In this document: positions 24,995-38,491 of the stretch, piece by piece
Position numbering within the stretch: the stretch's first letter is position 1
Layout: each line of letters opens with the position of its first letter
Origin: the human T2T-CHM13v2.0 reference genome, Homo sapiens
Strand: one strand, 5' to 3'
Assembly (NCBI RefSeq): GCF_009914755.1
Contig: NC_060935.1
Length of the DNA stretch: 64,000 nucleotides
The notes under the pieces: generated by a model
Databases searched by the model: none
Told to the model about the DNA's origin: nothing
Seen by the model: only the letters and a program-made list of their open reading frames with translations
Translations under genes and position numbers: made by a program

Positions 24995-25960
24995 CTCATT
25001 CATTTACCTGGCGTTTTACTTATTACCATCTTGTGGTACTAGGCACAGAAAATAGAAGTGTGAATGAGCAACAGTAGCACACTGCAGAGTAAAGACCACT
25101 GGCCTTAGAACAGAACATACATGTAAGTCTCGGTTTTTAGCATTCACCAGTTGTGATTTTGGGTAATGAAAACACTCAGAGCCTCAGGTTCATCATATGC
25201 AAAATAGGGATAATAATAGGTCTTATGAAATAATTTAAAAATTTAAATGAGCTGTTATAAGTAAAATGCCAGCCACATAGCAGGAATACCCCAAATGGAA
25301 AAAGGTAGACATGGTTCTTGCTCTAGGAGAACTTGGAGTCTGGGGGCAGTGGGGGTGGGGTGAGGGGTCTTATTTGTATGCTGCAATTACTTACAACTCT
25401 ATATGTTACGAGATACATAAACAAATCAAATCAGAACACAAGAAGTGGGGTAACTAATTCTCCCTAGAGTAATGAGAGACCTCATGAGGAAGGGAAATAA
25501 GGAGAATTCTAGATGAGAACCCAAGACACGGAAGAGTATATGTGAAATTAGAGGGGTGAGTCAAGCAAGGTGTGTTTGTCCCATTTAGAAGACGTCAGTG
25601 GCTGAGCACAGGGTATGTGGGGAGGAGGGACATGCAGTGAGCTAGATGAAGCTCAAGGCACGAAGGGTCACACGTGGCAATTTAAGTTATCTGACTTCCC
25701 CTACCACAGGTAATGACCAACCACTGAAGTCTTTTTCAGCCCTGTAGTGACCTTAGAAATATAACTCAGCTGGTATTTGGAGGATAAATTTGAATGGGAG
25801 CCGGACTGGAGGACAATCTTAGGAGACCCGTACGTGGGGAATCTTTGTTGTGCCGGTCTGTTTTAGTTGCTGTGATCCATTATAATGCTTCATTTGAAAT
25901 AGTGTCAGACCTAACGAAGGGCAGTGGCAGTGAGAATAGAGAGGAAGGGTAATAACAAAG
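24995..25960 (-). mobile_element. L2 fragment interrupted by a + strand MIR (~25075-25290)
   Basis: Antisense L2 3' end 'tcattcatttacc..taggcacag' resumes as 'agacatggttcttgctctaggagaact' after a MIR core 'gagcctcaggtttcatcatatgcaaaatagggataataata'. Confidence 0.65.
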
Positions 25961-26559
25961 GCTCAGACTTCAGCTGTTAAAAGGAGCCAGCTAGGGAAGG
26001 AGTGCTACGTCTCCAATTAACTGTGACCCATTTCTGACAATGCTGCTCATTAACATAGCTTTGTTTACCTACATATTTTAGAACTATTCATAAACTTTAA
26101 GAAACTTCTTTTCAGCTGAGTAATGATTTAACTCCTTAAAGAAGGTGTATGAGATTTTGCCATTTTGTAGAATCTCTCCTAACTAATGGAAGCATATTGG
26201 TATGCTGAGTTCCCACCCTCTGTAAGGCCCTGCACATTCTGTAAGGCTGCAGTACAAAGATGTGAACAGTAAAACGTATGGTCCTGCCTGGTAGGAGTTG
26301 ACTGATTCATTGGAAAGACATAAACATACACCAAGTGCATGGAGCAGTTCAAAAGATAACTGACAACTCAAAACAATAGTACAAGTCCCAAAAAAATATG
26401 GAGAAAGAGAAATGATGGAGAGGCAGGCTTCCTTGAAAGGGGGAGACAAGTCAGGGTGTTCAAGGGCAGGTAGACTTGGATAGAACCAGCCTCCTTCTGC
26501 CCCACCCAGCCCCTGGCTTCTAAATCCATGTCTCCAGACACACTGTGGAAAAGTATTCA

Positions 26560-26892
<333 letters not shown>

Positions 26893-27484
26893 TCACCTAA
26901 GAAGATGCCATATTCACGACAACCTCAGTGTTCATTTGATTTCTCACTGATTCATTTGTGAATATTGGATATTTTGTTAACTAACTGACCGAGTCTTGCG
27001 GGCAGTGGCCTCGGCGGCCTTGTTGCTCATTTATTCGTGGTGTGATTTACTTGCTGGTCAGTAAGACTGGAGCCTGACCATCTACCTGCACTAACCTCAA
27101 GAATGTGGAGCAGACAGATGCATTTCCAGATAAAACGAACCTAAGCACTCTAAAATCCATGAATAAAAGGAACAACATTGGTTTTAAAAGGGCTACAGAA
27201 AACCATGCTGGATAAATAATAATTGCATACATGAACCGGTCAATCATTATTTGTCGAGCACCTACCCTATCTGAGGCACTGTGCAGAGGAAGTTTGGATG
27301 ATTTAGAAAAAGTGAAATATATCACTGAGAGAATTAAAGGGCAAGGGCAAGATCTTGGTCATCTTTTATCTTCTGCGCACTGCCTGGGAGGAGATGGGTG
27401 AGGCTGTGGACAGAAGGAGAAGTTGAGATACAAAGAGAAACACTAGTGAGAGCAATTCCTGGCCCTTTGTTTCCGACTGCAGAC

Positions 27485-27640
27485 CAGAGCTTTTCTGCAG
27501 AAATGTAATATCAACCATATGGCTCATTTTTTTGCCATACATATAATTTTAAGTGTTCTAGAGGTCACATTTTAAAAAGCAAAAAAGATAAAGTAAAATT
27601 ATTTTGAAATTTTAATTTAACCAAATGTATTCAAAATATT
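27485..27640. mobile_element. MER33-like hAT-Charlie fragment
   Basis: 'ataattttaagtgttctagaggtcacattttaaaaagc..atttaaccaaatgtattcaaaatatt' matches recalled MER33. Confidence 0.65.
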
Positions 27641-27804
27641 TTTTTTAATTCTTTTTCTTTCTTTCTTTCTTTTTTTTTTTTTTTTTTTAGAGATAAGGTT
27701 TCACTATGTTGCCCAGGCTAGTCTCAAACTCCTGGCCTCATGGGCTCCTCTCACCTTGGCCTCCCGACGTGCTGGGATTATAGCCATGAGCCGAAACAAG
27801 TGGG
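27641..27804 (-). mobile_element. FLAM_C-like Alu monomer
   Basis: Poly-T followed by 'agagataaggtttcactatgttgcccaggctagtctcaaactcctggcctca..gctgggatta'; TSD caaaatatt at 27632-27640 and 27805-27813. Confidence 0.85.
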
Positions 27805-28972
27805 CAAAATATTGCTTCGACATGCACAGGAACCAGATTTTAGCTGTTTGATAGCCCCCTGAGGCTCATGCCCACCAGACCGGAAACAGTAACTACAGAT
27901 ATTGACTCTGATTTCTTTCATGGGAATGTTCAGAAAAAAAAAAAAAAAAGACCAACAAATAAACAGATAAGCAGACAAAAATTGGTGTGAACCAGTGTAT
28001 AGAGGAGGCATGGAGAATGGGCTGCAGCGCCTGGGGCAGGGGCTCCCAGCAGACAGGCAGAACCAGGGGAGGCTTCTGGAGAGACCCCTGAGGCAGGCAG
28101 GACTTTCCAGGTCAGCAGGGGCCCGTGCAGGAAAGGAGGCAGAGAGCAGTGTGAGACTCAAGCAGGGCTGGCCATTCAAAGAGCTGTCCAGGTACCATGA
28201 AGGAAAACTGGAGAAGGAGGAAACTGTCAGAGCCCAAGGAGCCTCTGCAGCCAGGCTCCTGAAATTTGGATTGCATCTTTGGGCTGTGGGGAGTGTTCCT
28301 GGTGGACTGGTTTCTGGCTCCCGCACCACGGCAGTCTTCTTGAAGACAGGCTCACAGCTGGCCATCTTTCTGTCCTGGCTGATGCTAACTACATGCTCTA
28401 CTCCAGTTTAGCTCTTGATGTGACTCCACTTCCAAGAAGGATGAGAGCTGAGAACTTGGATGGATTCTAAGCATCTTATTGTGTGTCCATGATAGCACTG
28501 CAGCTTCCTGCGGTGAATGAAGGTGCTAAAGATGTGAGCCACCATGAGGAATTCTCTCTGACCTCTGTCCTTCCACAGGCTAAGGCTGGCATGGAGAGAA
28601 GTGCTTTTAAAAGGCACTGGTCAGGCATCAAGCCTACCTCCTGTTCTCTCTGTGGATCTCCCTAGACTTCTGCTTCCTGGAGACTTAGCAGGTTATGCTG
28701 GCCTGGAGGTATTCCTGCTGGGATCTCTTCCACCATGAGACAACCCATGGTCAAGTTGCCTACCTCAGCATCTAAGCAATGGGCAAATTCCTTAAGCTAC
28801 CAGGCCCACTGTTTCTCAGCACTTGTGCTCCCAAAGTGGCATTTCCTCTGAAGTAGAGTGCTTTAGAAAAAAAGTGGAGGCAGGCTCAACCACGAACCTG
28901 GGGAAATAGGAAATATGGACTGTTGCGGTGTAAGGCCACAGCTCACATAAGAGGAGCTCACATCTTTGCATC

Positions 28973-29184
28973 TGTGGTTCTCAAACTGGGCTTTGTATTA
29001 AAATCATCTGGGAACTTTAAAAACATATGGACACCCAGGGTCTACCTTGGATCAATTAAATCAGAATCCCTTGGGGGTGCCGAGGGAAAAGCCCCTGAAC
29101 ACCACTGGTTTTGTTTGTTTGTTTTTGTTTTTTCAAATCTCCCAGGTGATTCTAATGAATAGCTAGAATTGCGAGAGACCTCTG
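28973..29184. mobile_element. MER5A-like hAT DNA transposon
   Basis: 'gtggttctcaaact..aatcatctgggaactttaaaaa..aattaaatcagaatc..ctcccaggtgattctaatg'. Confidence 0.8.
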
Positions 29185-29706
29185 CTTTCTATGTTGGGGT
29201 TAGTTCACAGGAGGCCAACTAGACTGGGGTGTCGGCCAAAGGCTCATGGTAATTAAGAGCATGCATTTGCCTGACCTCGTCCCTTAGTGCAACTCTCGTG
29301 GGCATCTTGAGGGGATGATAAGAAGCAAGACAAGAATAGCCAGCACAGTGCTGGGCCCAACCCATCAGGGACGCACATGTGGAACTCTTAGAACACAGTC
29401 ACAGACATGCAGGGAGAAACTGAGGGCCCTGGGACATGGGTGAGAAAGTCACAGCCATGATTTTGATGAAGAATAATGCAGACCAGAATTATCCGAGGAT
29501 TAGATGATGTGTTGCTTGTTTTTGTTGAAATGAGAGTATTGCAAATAATGGATTAGGTTGATACCATTTGTTTGTTAATTTGTTTTGGATAGTAAACCCT
29601 GATTTAGGAAATGTTCACATAAGAAATAAGGCAAATACTTATGATTCCTGACTTCTCCTTCATGTTTTGATAGCAATTTGATTTGATTTTAAAATTGACA
29701 TATTAG

Positions 29707-30051
<345 letters not shown>

Positions 30052-32099
30052 TTAGAGACTAGGGCTAGTTTCGTTGTTCTTTATTCACTGTTAAGGAAAA
30101 GGAGCTTGAGACAGCGGTGCTGAACTGAGCGCACTGAGGTTACACAGTTAATGTTTAAGCCTGGACATGAGCTACATTCTTGTTTCTTCTTCCTTGGTGT
30201 TTTAAAAATTCTAATGGCCCACGGACACCCACAGATAACCCTCTCTCCTCATCATATAACTGAAGGGTGCTGGGTCTGCACAGGTGCTGGGGGATTAACG
30301 TCCATTTCCCCCCTGGGCTGTTCTGACCCGGCCATCTAATCACTGTGGAGGCAACTGAGGAACCTTGGAAGAAAACTTGACCATGGGCAAATCACAGAGA
30401 ACCCTTTTCCCAGTGGAAAAAGCTCCAGATCTTTTCCTTCCTAGCCCACTAAGAAAATCTTCTCAAATCTCCTCAAATTCCACAGTGACAAAGGCTGCAT
30501 GCTTCTGAATGGGGCCCTACATGCAAGGAACATTCAGGAAAACCTGTGAATGCAGCATCACAAAGTTCTGTCTCAGCAGCTGCACTGCTTTTGCCCTGGC
30601 ATTCAGGTGTATCTGGGCACCCGTGGAGACCCAGAGGGTAGGGCAGCCAATGAGGGATGGTAGAGTTGCCATAGTTTCGTTCAACAAGAGCAGGCAAATG
30701 CTAGATTAGAGAGGTGACCCTCAGCAGAGCGTGGTGCCTGTAATTCAGATCACCTCCTGGCCTGTACCTGAGCCCTGAGGTGACTTTGAGTGCAATCAAT
30801 GGACAAATCAAAACTCCAAGAGGTAATTTACTCTCCCCCGTAAGGACCATCAGAAAGAAAAGACTAATGCCTCTAGGATGTTGGGGGATGGGATGTGATA
30901 GTAAGTGTGGCAGCAGAAAAGAAGTCCAGGTCCCTGGGTGCATATAGGGCCACCCTCCATAGTCAGAGGCACTGCAGGCACCAGACCCAGAGACCCCTGA
31001 GTGGCACCTGTGGCTGGTTTGGGATTGTGCCAGGAGATGTCACCAGACAACAGAAGGAGGAGAGCAAAAAATAACAGCCACCCCAGAAGCCCAGGAGCCC
31101 ATTCCATGGAGTACATGGGCAGCATGCCCTGGCTTCCCAGAACTATTTGGAAAGGATTTCAGAAGAGCTTCCATTTCCACTGAGTGGGTGAAGGCAGAGC
31201 TTGAGAATGCCTTGTCTGGAATCTTCTTCCAATTACTTTAAGCCCTGTGAGGCCACAGCAATGGAGTTTCAAGAAGTAGCCGCAGCTTACATTGTTACTC
31301 TCCCAGGGCCACTTGAATTGTGCTAAGTCTCAACTCCTCAAAGTCAAGGTGTGTTTTCAGACATCAGCCTGAGATGCTCAGGTGAATATTATCAGCCGCA
31401 GGGATTTCTGGGAAAGAATATTTCTTAAGTGTTTAAAATCACATCTCATAAATAGTTTCCTGCTTCGCTTGCATGTAACACCAACATTATTCGTGCCACG
31501 CACAGCTCAATGCCCAAGGCTGTGTCATAAGACAAAAACCTGGGTTCTAATTCTGGCCCTGCCACTTACTAGCTCAACCACCAAAAGGCAAATTTTGGAG
31601 TTGTTTTGTTGATGTTCCTTTGCTTTTGTTTGTTTTATAAACTTCTTTGAAGCTGTTTCATCATCTCCAAAATCATGATAATGATCGATGCTTCATGGGG
31701 TGTCTGTCGGTTAAAGAGGATGCAGGAAGAGCTGTTGGCATAGGTGCTCCCCAACCCGAGAGATGAGCCCTGCGTCCACTGCACCAGCATCCAGCCATGG
31801 ACTGCCAAGGAAATCTACACCCTGGCCCCCTTCCCTTGGTGGTCAGCCTGCTGCTGGTGGGCACCCCTCAGGGGCTCAGCCCCTATCCTTCCCCAGGGAA
31901 AGCCGGTATCTACCGTCCTCCTAGAAAGGCAGCTGACATGGTTGCAGGTTCTGCGCACTGCATGCTCTGTTCATTTTCTCACCTCTTCTACCCATTATTC
32001 CATCTCCCCACACTCTTCCCACTGCTTCTTATTTTTTTGGCAAACGGTGAGATCACACAGGCTTATAGCCCTGGGGGAAGGTATTCCACAGCTGCTTTT

Positions 32100-32800
32100 G
32101 AGCCCCAGCCCTTCCAGCAGCCTGGGCATCTGAGCACAAATTGAACAACATTAATGAGACACCCAATCTCAGCATTTTACTCTCCACTGCTATTCTAAAA
32201 TCTTCACAAAAAAGTTCAGGTGGTTCTTTTCAAGCTGCCCACACACATGCACACACACCAAGCCTCCCACCCCAGGGCCTGTGGCCGGCTTGTGTGTGAG
32301 AAGCCAGCTCGCTCTGGATGTGCGATTCTGCAGTCTGTGAAGGCACAGTGGTAGATTACACAAGAGAATGGCCTTACAGTTTTATAAACTATTTATTAGG
32401 CCCGTCCTGGAGAGCTACATCAATATGGCCGTCGGTGAAGCAAAGCAGAAGCTATAAAAATATCATCTATCCCAAACAAGCTTCATAATCAAACAAAGCC
32501 CCGTGCTGGCTGGGACAGGCTTGTGTTCTGACACATAAGGGCCCTTTCCATCTTTAAAACAGACCATTAAAACACCAGAACACTTTGGCTCACAGAAGTC
32601 TAAATCAAAAGGGAGGGGAAAAAAGAGAGATCTCTTTTCTCCAAGAGTAATAATGCCTTTTCCAGCTCCTGGAAAAGCTCATTGCGATAGAGATGCAATA
32701 TTGCTTTTTTCATAGTGGCTTTTCCGTTTCTTTCCAATACCCAGAAAATCTTCTAGGGGTTCAACATTTCCACTTGTTTCCCTCTAGGAATCCCTTTCTT
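32100..32800. promoter_or_regulatory. Candidate distal enhancer; tentatively the SOX9 testis enhancer eSR-A / mouse Enh13 orthologue
   Basis: Repeat-free; WT1-like CCTCCCACCCC 32263-32273, NR5A1-like TGAAGGCA 32338-32345 and TGGCCTTA 32369-32376, GATA (TCTATC) 32466-32471, SOX-type AAACAAG 32474-32480 and AAACAAAG 32491-32498. Locus identity is from recollection and unverified. Confidence 0.5.
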
Positions 32801-34288
32801 TTTACTCCACGTGTACACAGTAGCTATGCGGCGATCCCTTCAATATTATTTTGTTGTTTTCCCAATAAATAAAGATATACAGTTTGATACATATTCCAGA
32901 AGGGAAATCATCATCATAATAATAACCTGAAGTAGAATGTTACCAGCCCAGTACTGTGCTCCAATTCCCCAAGGCAAACGAACACGGGAGGCAGGTCCGT
33001 ACGCTGGGGTTTACTGTGATTAACATTTCCAGCCAGTGCTCCTCCAATTGGCTCCAAAACATGTCTTAATAAACTGCATTCCAAAAGCCCTTATATTTCC
33101 ACCTTATTGCATTCTGCTAGAATGAGATATAATATGTGGACGCAAGGAAAAGTGACATTCAGTGAATGAGCTGCAGAGAGTTATATAAGGAAGCTAAATC
33201 TCACTCCCTACCACCTGGCATACTGCTTGTGGCTCCTCATCATGATTCTAGAAATCAGTCTGCAACTAAAATTCATGCATGGGGATGCTCTGCTTTGGAC
33301 CGTGGGCTGGGGAAGAGAGGTGTGATATGCTTTTGAGAGGGCAGAAGGCAAAAGAGAGGAAGAAGGGCTGCAGAGGTGGTTGGTCCACTCAGAGTTGCAC
33401 TCCCATGGCAAGGTGCTCCATAAAGAAGTCTGAGAATGGAGATATGCAGAACTGAGTCACTCAGAGCTAGGCAGATAATCCAGCACCTCAGTCTGGGAGA
33501 AGTTTTCTATGACATTTTGATTGTTTTTAGATCTGGGTAGAATTTTTGGACAAGAAGAAGAGACACGGGATGGACTGCAGAGCCTGAGCAGACACATGCA
33601 AAGGACAGTCACGGCACCCCACGCTCTTTCCCTATCCCCCATTTTCAACCTTTATTTTCTTTCCATCATCCTGGAGATGCACACCCTCTGTGACCTAGGA
33701 GGTTGCATAGAGAGGAAAAAATAGTATCTGTGATCACATTTTCTTGTATTTACAAAACACAAGAAAGTACATTGACGGCGAAGTCCATGAGCCCTGAGGA
33801 AATGTGAATAGCTTTCAGACTGAAGAGTATTCACCCTGAGTATATGCCTGATAGGTAATTCTTAGAGGTGTGGGGGCCATTCAAGTAATTGGCAGTAAAT
33901 GCTGGCTACTAAGTAATAAATAACTAAATGTGTAGCATCTCTCCTTCCCATCTGAGCCCTGCACGTGCCACGGAGAATCAAACACATGACAGAGAGTAAA
34001 CGGATCTGAGTTCTGGACTCAGCCCACACATGGTCACCTTCAGCATCTCAGTCAAGTCAGTGACACTGTCTGGTTCCAATTTACCCCAAAGAAGAAAGGA
34101 TCAAGGCTGAGATACATCACACAACAGTGATCTTAAGGTCTGATCTGGAAGAGAAACCCACACAGTAAATCCACTAGCACACAGGTGCCCATTAGGGCTT
34201 GAAGACGCAGGTGACAGATCTTGGTTGAAGAGTCTGCTCTCTTTGAGCATATTACCCTTAACATCCTAAAGAAAAAAAAAAAAGACTT

Positions 34289-34292
<4 letters not shown>

Positions 34293-34328
<36 letters not shown>
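34293..34328. repeat. (CA)18 microsatellite
   Basis: Uninterrupted CA run. Confidence 0.97.
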
Positions 34329-34332
<4 letters not shown>

Positions 34333-34848
34333 CATCCAGATGGTTTACAAAGAAGAAAAATATTGGAGCAGGTCTTTCACTTTCAAACTTCTCTTAGTAG
34401 CACAGCTGGATCTTCTGTGTGAGAAGAGTTAAGGGAATCTCAGTGAGAGCTGCTCACAGTGAAAATGATATGATTTTCTGGGATGTGGTGGAAAGAAGCA
34501 CCGCCTCCCTGAAAAAGTCATCACTGTGGGTCCATGTGGTACCATAGCTTTAGACCACTGAGAAGGATTTTCATCACTGACAACAGCATGAAGCGGTGTT
34601 CTGCAGAGGCAAACGGGCACATGCAGAAATGACTCTCACACATCTGCTGGGAGGCAATCACACCCACAGATAGAACAGAGCAGTGGCCTCCCCTGGTGCT
34701 TGAGATCAGGGGCTGAAGTCGCAAGGCTATACCAGGAAGAATTCTATCACTGCTGGGCAGCACCTGCCTTCTCCTCCTCTTCAGCTTGAGCCACCTCTTT
34801 TCCTTTCCAGTCCTTACTTCATCAATGTGGAGGTGGACCAAGTTGATA

Positions 34849-35704
<856 letters not shown>

Positions 35705-38348
35705 AGAAGTGGTAAAACTAGGCATTCCAGGAGTCATACAAAGCTAAGGTAGGTAAGCTTACAAAATCCAAGGAAGGCTGGCATTCCAGGCTTTACACCG
35801 ATCTGAACTTTGATACAGGAGCATAGGCAGGATCTGAAAGTATGGTGGATGACAACTTCCTATTGCAGAATCTGTACTCTTAAGTGTGTAAGGAAATTAC
35901 AAATAAGCAAAAAGATTACCAAACATCTTCAGGGAAAAACAATGCATTGTTTAGAGCATGCCTTACTGGGTTATTATTTTTTTCAAGTAAAAGCAAGTTT
36001 ATTAGAGAAGTAAGAATGGCCTAAGAATGGCCGCTCCCTAGACAGAGCACCCCAGAGGGCTGCTGGTTGGCTTGGGTTATTTCATTCTAGATGTTCCTTG
36101 CTTCTGAGCTATTTTACTACTCTATAAATTGTAGATAATTGATAGCAATGCAAAATAGTTCTTGTCTAAAGACATACAAATAAATTCTATCTGGTACAGG
36201 TTCAGTTGACTTCCCTCAAATTCATAGAAAAAGCCAGTTTTTTGTCCATTTGCAAATCACAGTCAATAGTGCTATATTTCATATACATTTGCACTCCTTT
36301 GACTTACATTTTGAAACGAATATAACATCTGCCAGATTTCCTCATTAATGAGTTAAATAAAATATTTAATGATCATCTATTTTTGGTCTATATGAGAATC
36401 ATGATTTTAGTTTTACTGAAAATTATCCCTTAACAAGTAAAGAGAGATGCTCCATGTATTTAAACTAATAAAGAACATAACATAAACATTAACCGCCATG
36501 GAATGTAAAACTGTGTCCGTAAATGATACAGAACTAGGATGATGAATGAAGGACATGTCCTCTGCCTGAATCCGAGTGAAAAATTTCCTTTAGCCACATT
36601 TGGGTAACGTTTTCATTGATTTGGCAGAGGGAGGGGATTTCTGGTAGTAATACTCAAAATACACTGTCGTCCTGTCTGTATTTTATTTAGATTGAGGTCT
36701 GCAGTTAGCGGTTTATTTGCTTCTGGTGCAGATTCCAGTCATTGTCAGCCCATGATTTGCCTTCACAGTCACCTGAATTAAAAGACTCCGCAGGTACTGT
36801 GGAGTGAGGTTCATGATTCTGGAAGCCCGCTCAACAATTACATTACAGACTCTGATCATAGAGGTGATAGAACAGTTTTGCAGTAACTTTTATGGAATGG
36901 TGCCTCAATGTACCATAAGCGATAGACACAAAGAAAATGTTAATTTCATTTCTCAGAATTGCATCACCCATTGTCCCTCTGTGCTTTTGTTTTCCTGATG
37001 TCTTATACGATGCTTCCAACTCCTGCGTAGAAGCGTGTGGAACTCTGTAATTCGGGAACAAGGCAGATTGACTTTTCTCAGACCCAACTGTGTATTCAAT
37101 GGGTATATAAATAAAATACATTTTAAGACTGTTTTCTTCTATTTCATAAAAGGTAGACATTATTTGTGATGTCATTGGTAGAAATGAAATTATTATAATT
37201 CACTTAGATGTTTGGTTGAAGTTCACTTTTAGTAAATAGGTTAACATAGAATTCATGAGAACCCACACAATAATTTGACGTACAGAGGTAAAATAATAGT
37301 TTTTTGGCCTTCAGTTCCCAGGAATTGCTCATAATTGTATCATTGACACTGATCCAAAACTCACATTTATTTTACCATGAACAGTTGCAAACCCATTAAC
37401 AGTGAACAGTCATACCTCCATGTGCCCCGCCATGCTGCAGGAGCCAAAAGATGGAATGGGACCACTTGGGAAGGATGAATAGGAACTGGCCAAAGACTTC
37501 CTTCCAATGGGATTGACAGGTAGGTAGGCTTCTGAGGTCTCTCCTGAAGAAGCTCAAAACAATAATCAAATATCACTTACCTAGGGAAAGACAAAGGGAA
37601 AAGGGATAGAGAATAAGGTGGGTTAGAGTTTACTGCAACCACCTTATATTCCACTGAGATTATCTATTTTAAGCAAAGGGATGTTTAGTGCAATGCAAAT
37701 TATCCACAAGCTCCAAGTAAAACCCAAGTTTTAAATACCCAGGGAAAGGTCAGTTGTGAAAATGGAACTTTGTTGCAAAGGCCATGCACCCTGCTGTTTG
37801 TTTTCTTTTCTGTTCTGGCATTCTTATACAGGTGCATTTAACTACTACTAGAACATAGGCCTTGTAACAAGGGACTGATTGGGGACTCTGTGATGTGCCA
37901 AGGAAAGGAGAAAAAATGCATACGTCCCAGCTGCCTTAATGATTATGGAGGTTCTGTAGCTATGTGGTTCAGATGCTGAGAAGATTGAACTAATAAAAAA
38001 GAAATGAGAGAACTGTCATCACAGATTACATAGTATTTATCCCAAAATCTGTTCATTATAGATATTTGCAAGACAAATGGGTTTTTAGCCAGGAATGGCA
38101 GCATTTTCCTCCTGGTAAGTGTATAATGAGGCACCCAATTTGTCTAGAGCATGATCTCTCTCTCTTTTAAAAAACATATGCCTGGCTCTAAATCTTAGTA
38201 AAATTCCTGAAAACATCCATTAGGAGGTCAGCAAAAAAAGTTGAATTCGTAGAGTTCTTTACAATTTACAGAGGATTTTCATAGGCACTGTCTCCTTTGA
38301 TTTTTATGGCAACATTTTACTATGGGTAGAATAGGTATTACTACTGTT

Positions 38349-38491
38349 CCCTCCTCCCCTTCTTTCTCCAATTTCTCATCCTCTTCCTTCTATTTCTCCC
38401 CCTTCTCCTCCTTCTCCCCTTCTTTCTTCTTCATTCCTTCCTGCTTCTCTTCTTACTCCTCCTTCTTCATCTCCTCCTTTTCCTTCTTCTT
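38349..38491. repeat. Pyrimidine-rich (TCC/TTC)n low-complexity tract
   Basis: About 140 bp of nearly all C/T. Confidence 0.9.

Noticed and set aside
27778-28411. Overlapping 195-aa and 138-aa ORFs
   Set aside because: No recognisable protein family; the 195-aa ORF runs through a poly-A tract (FFFFF); no supporting splice or promoter context
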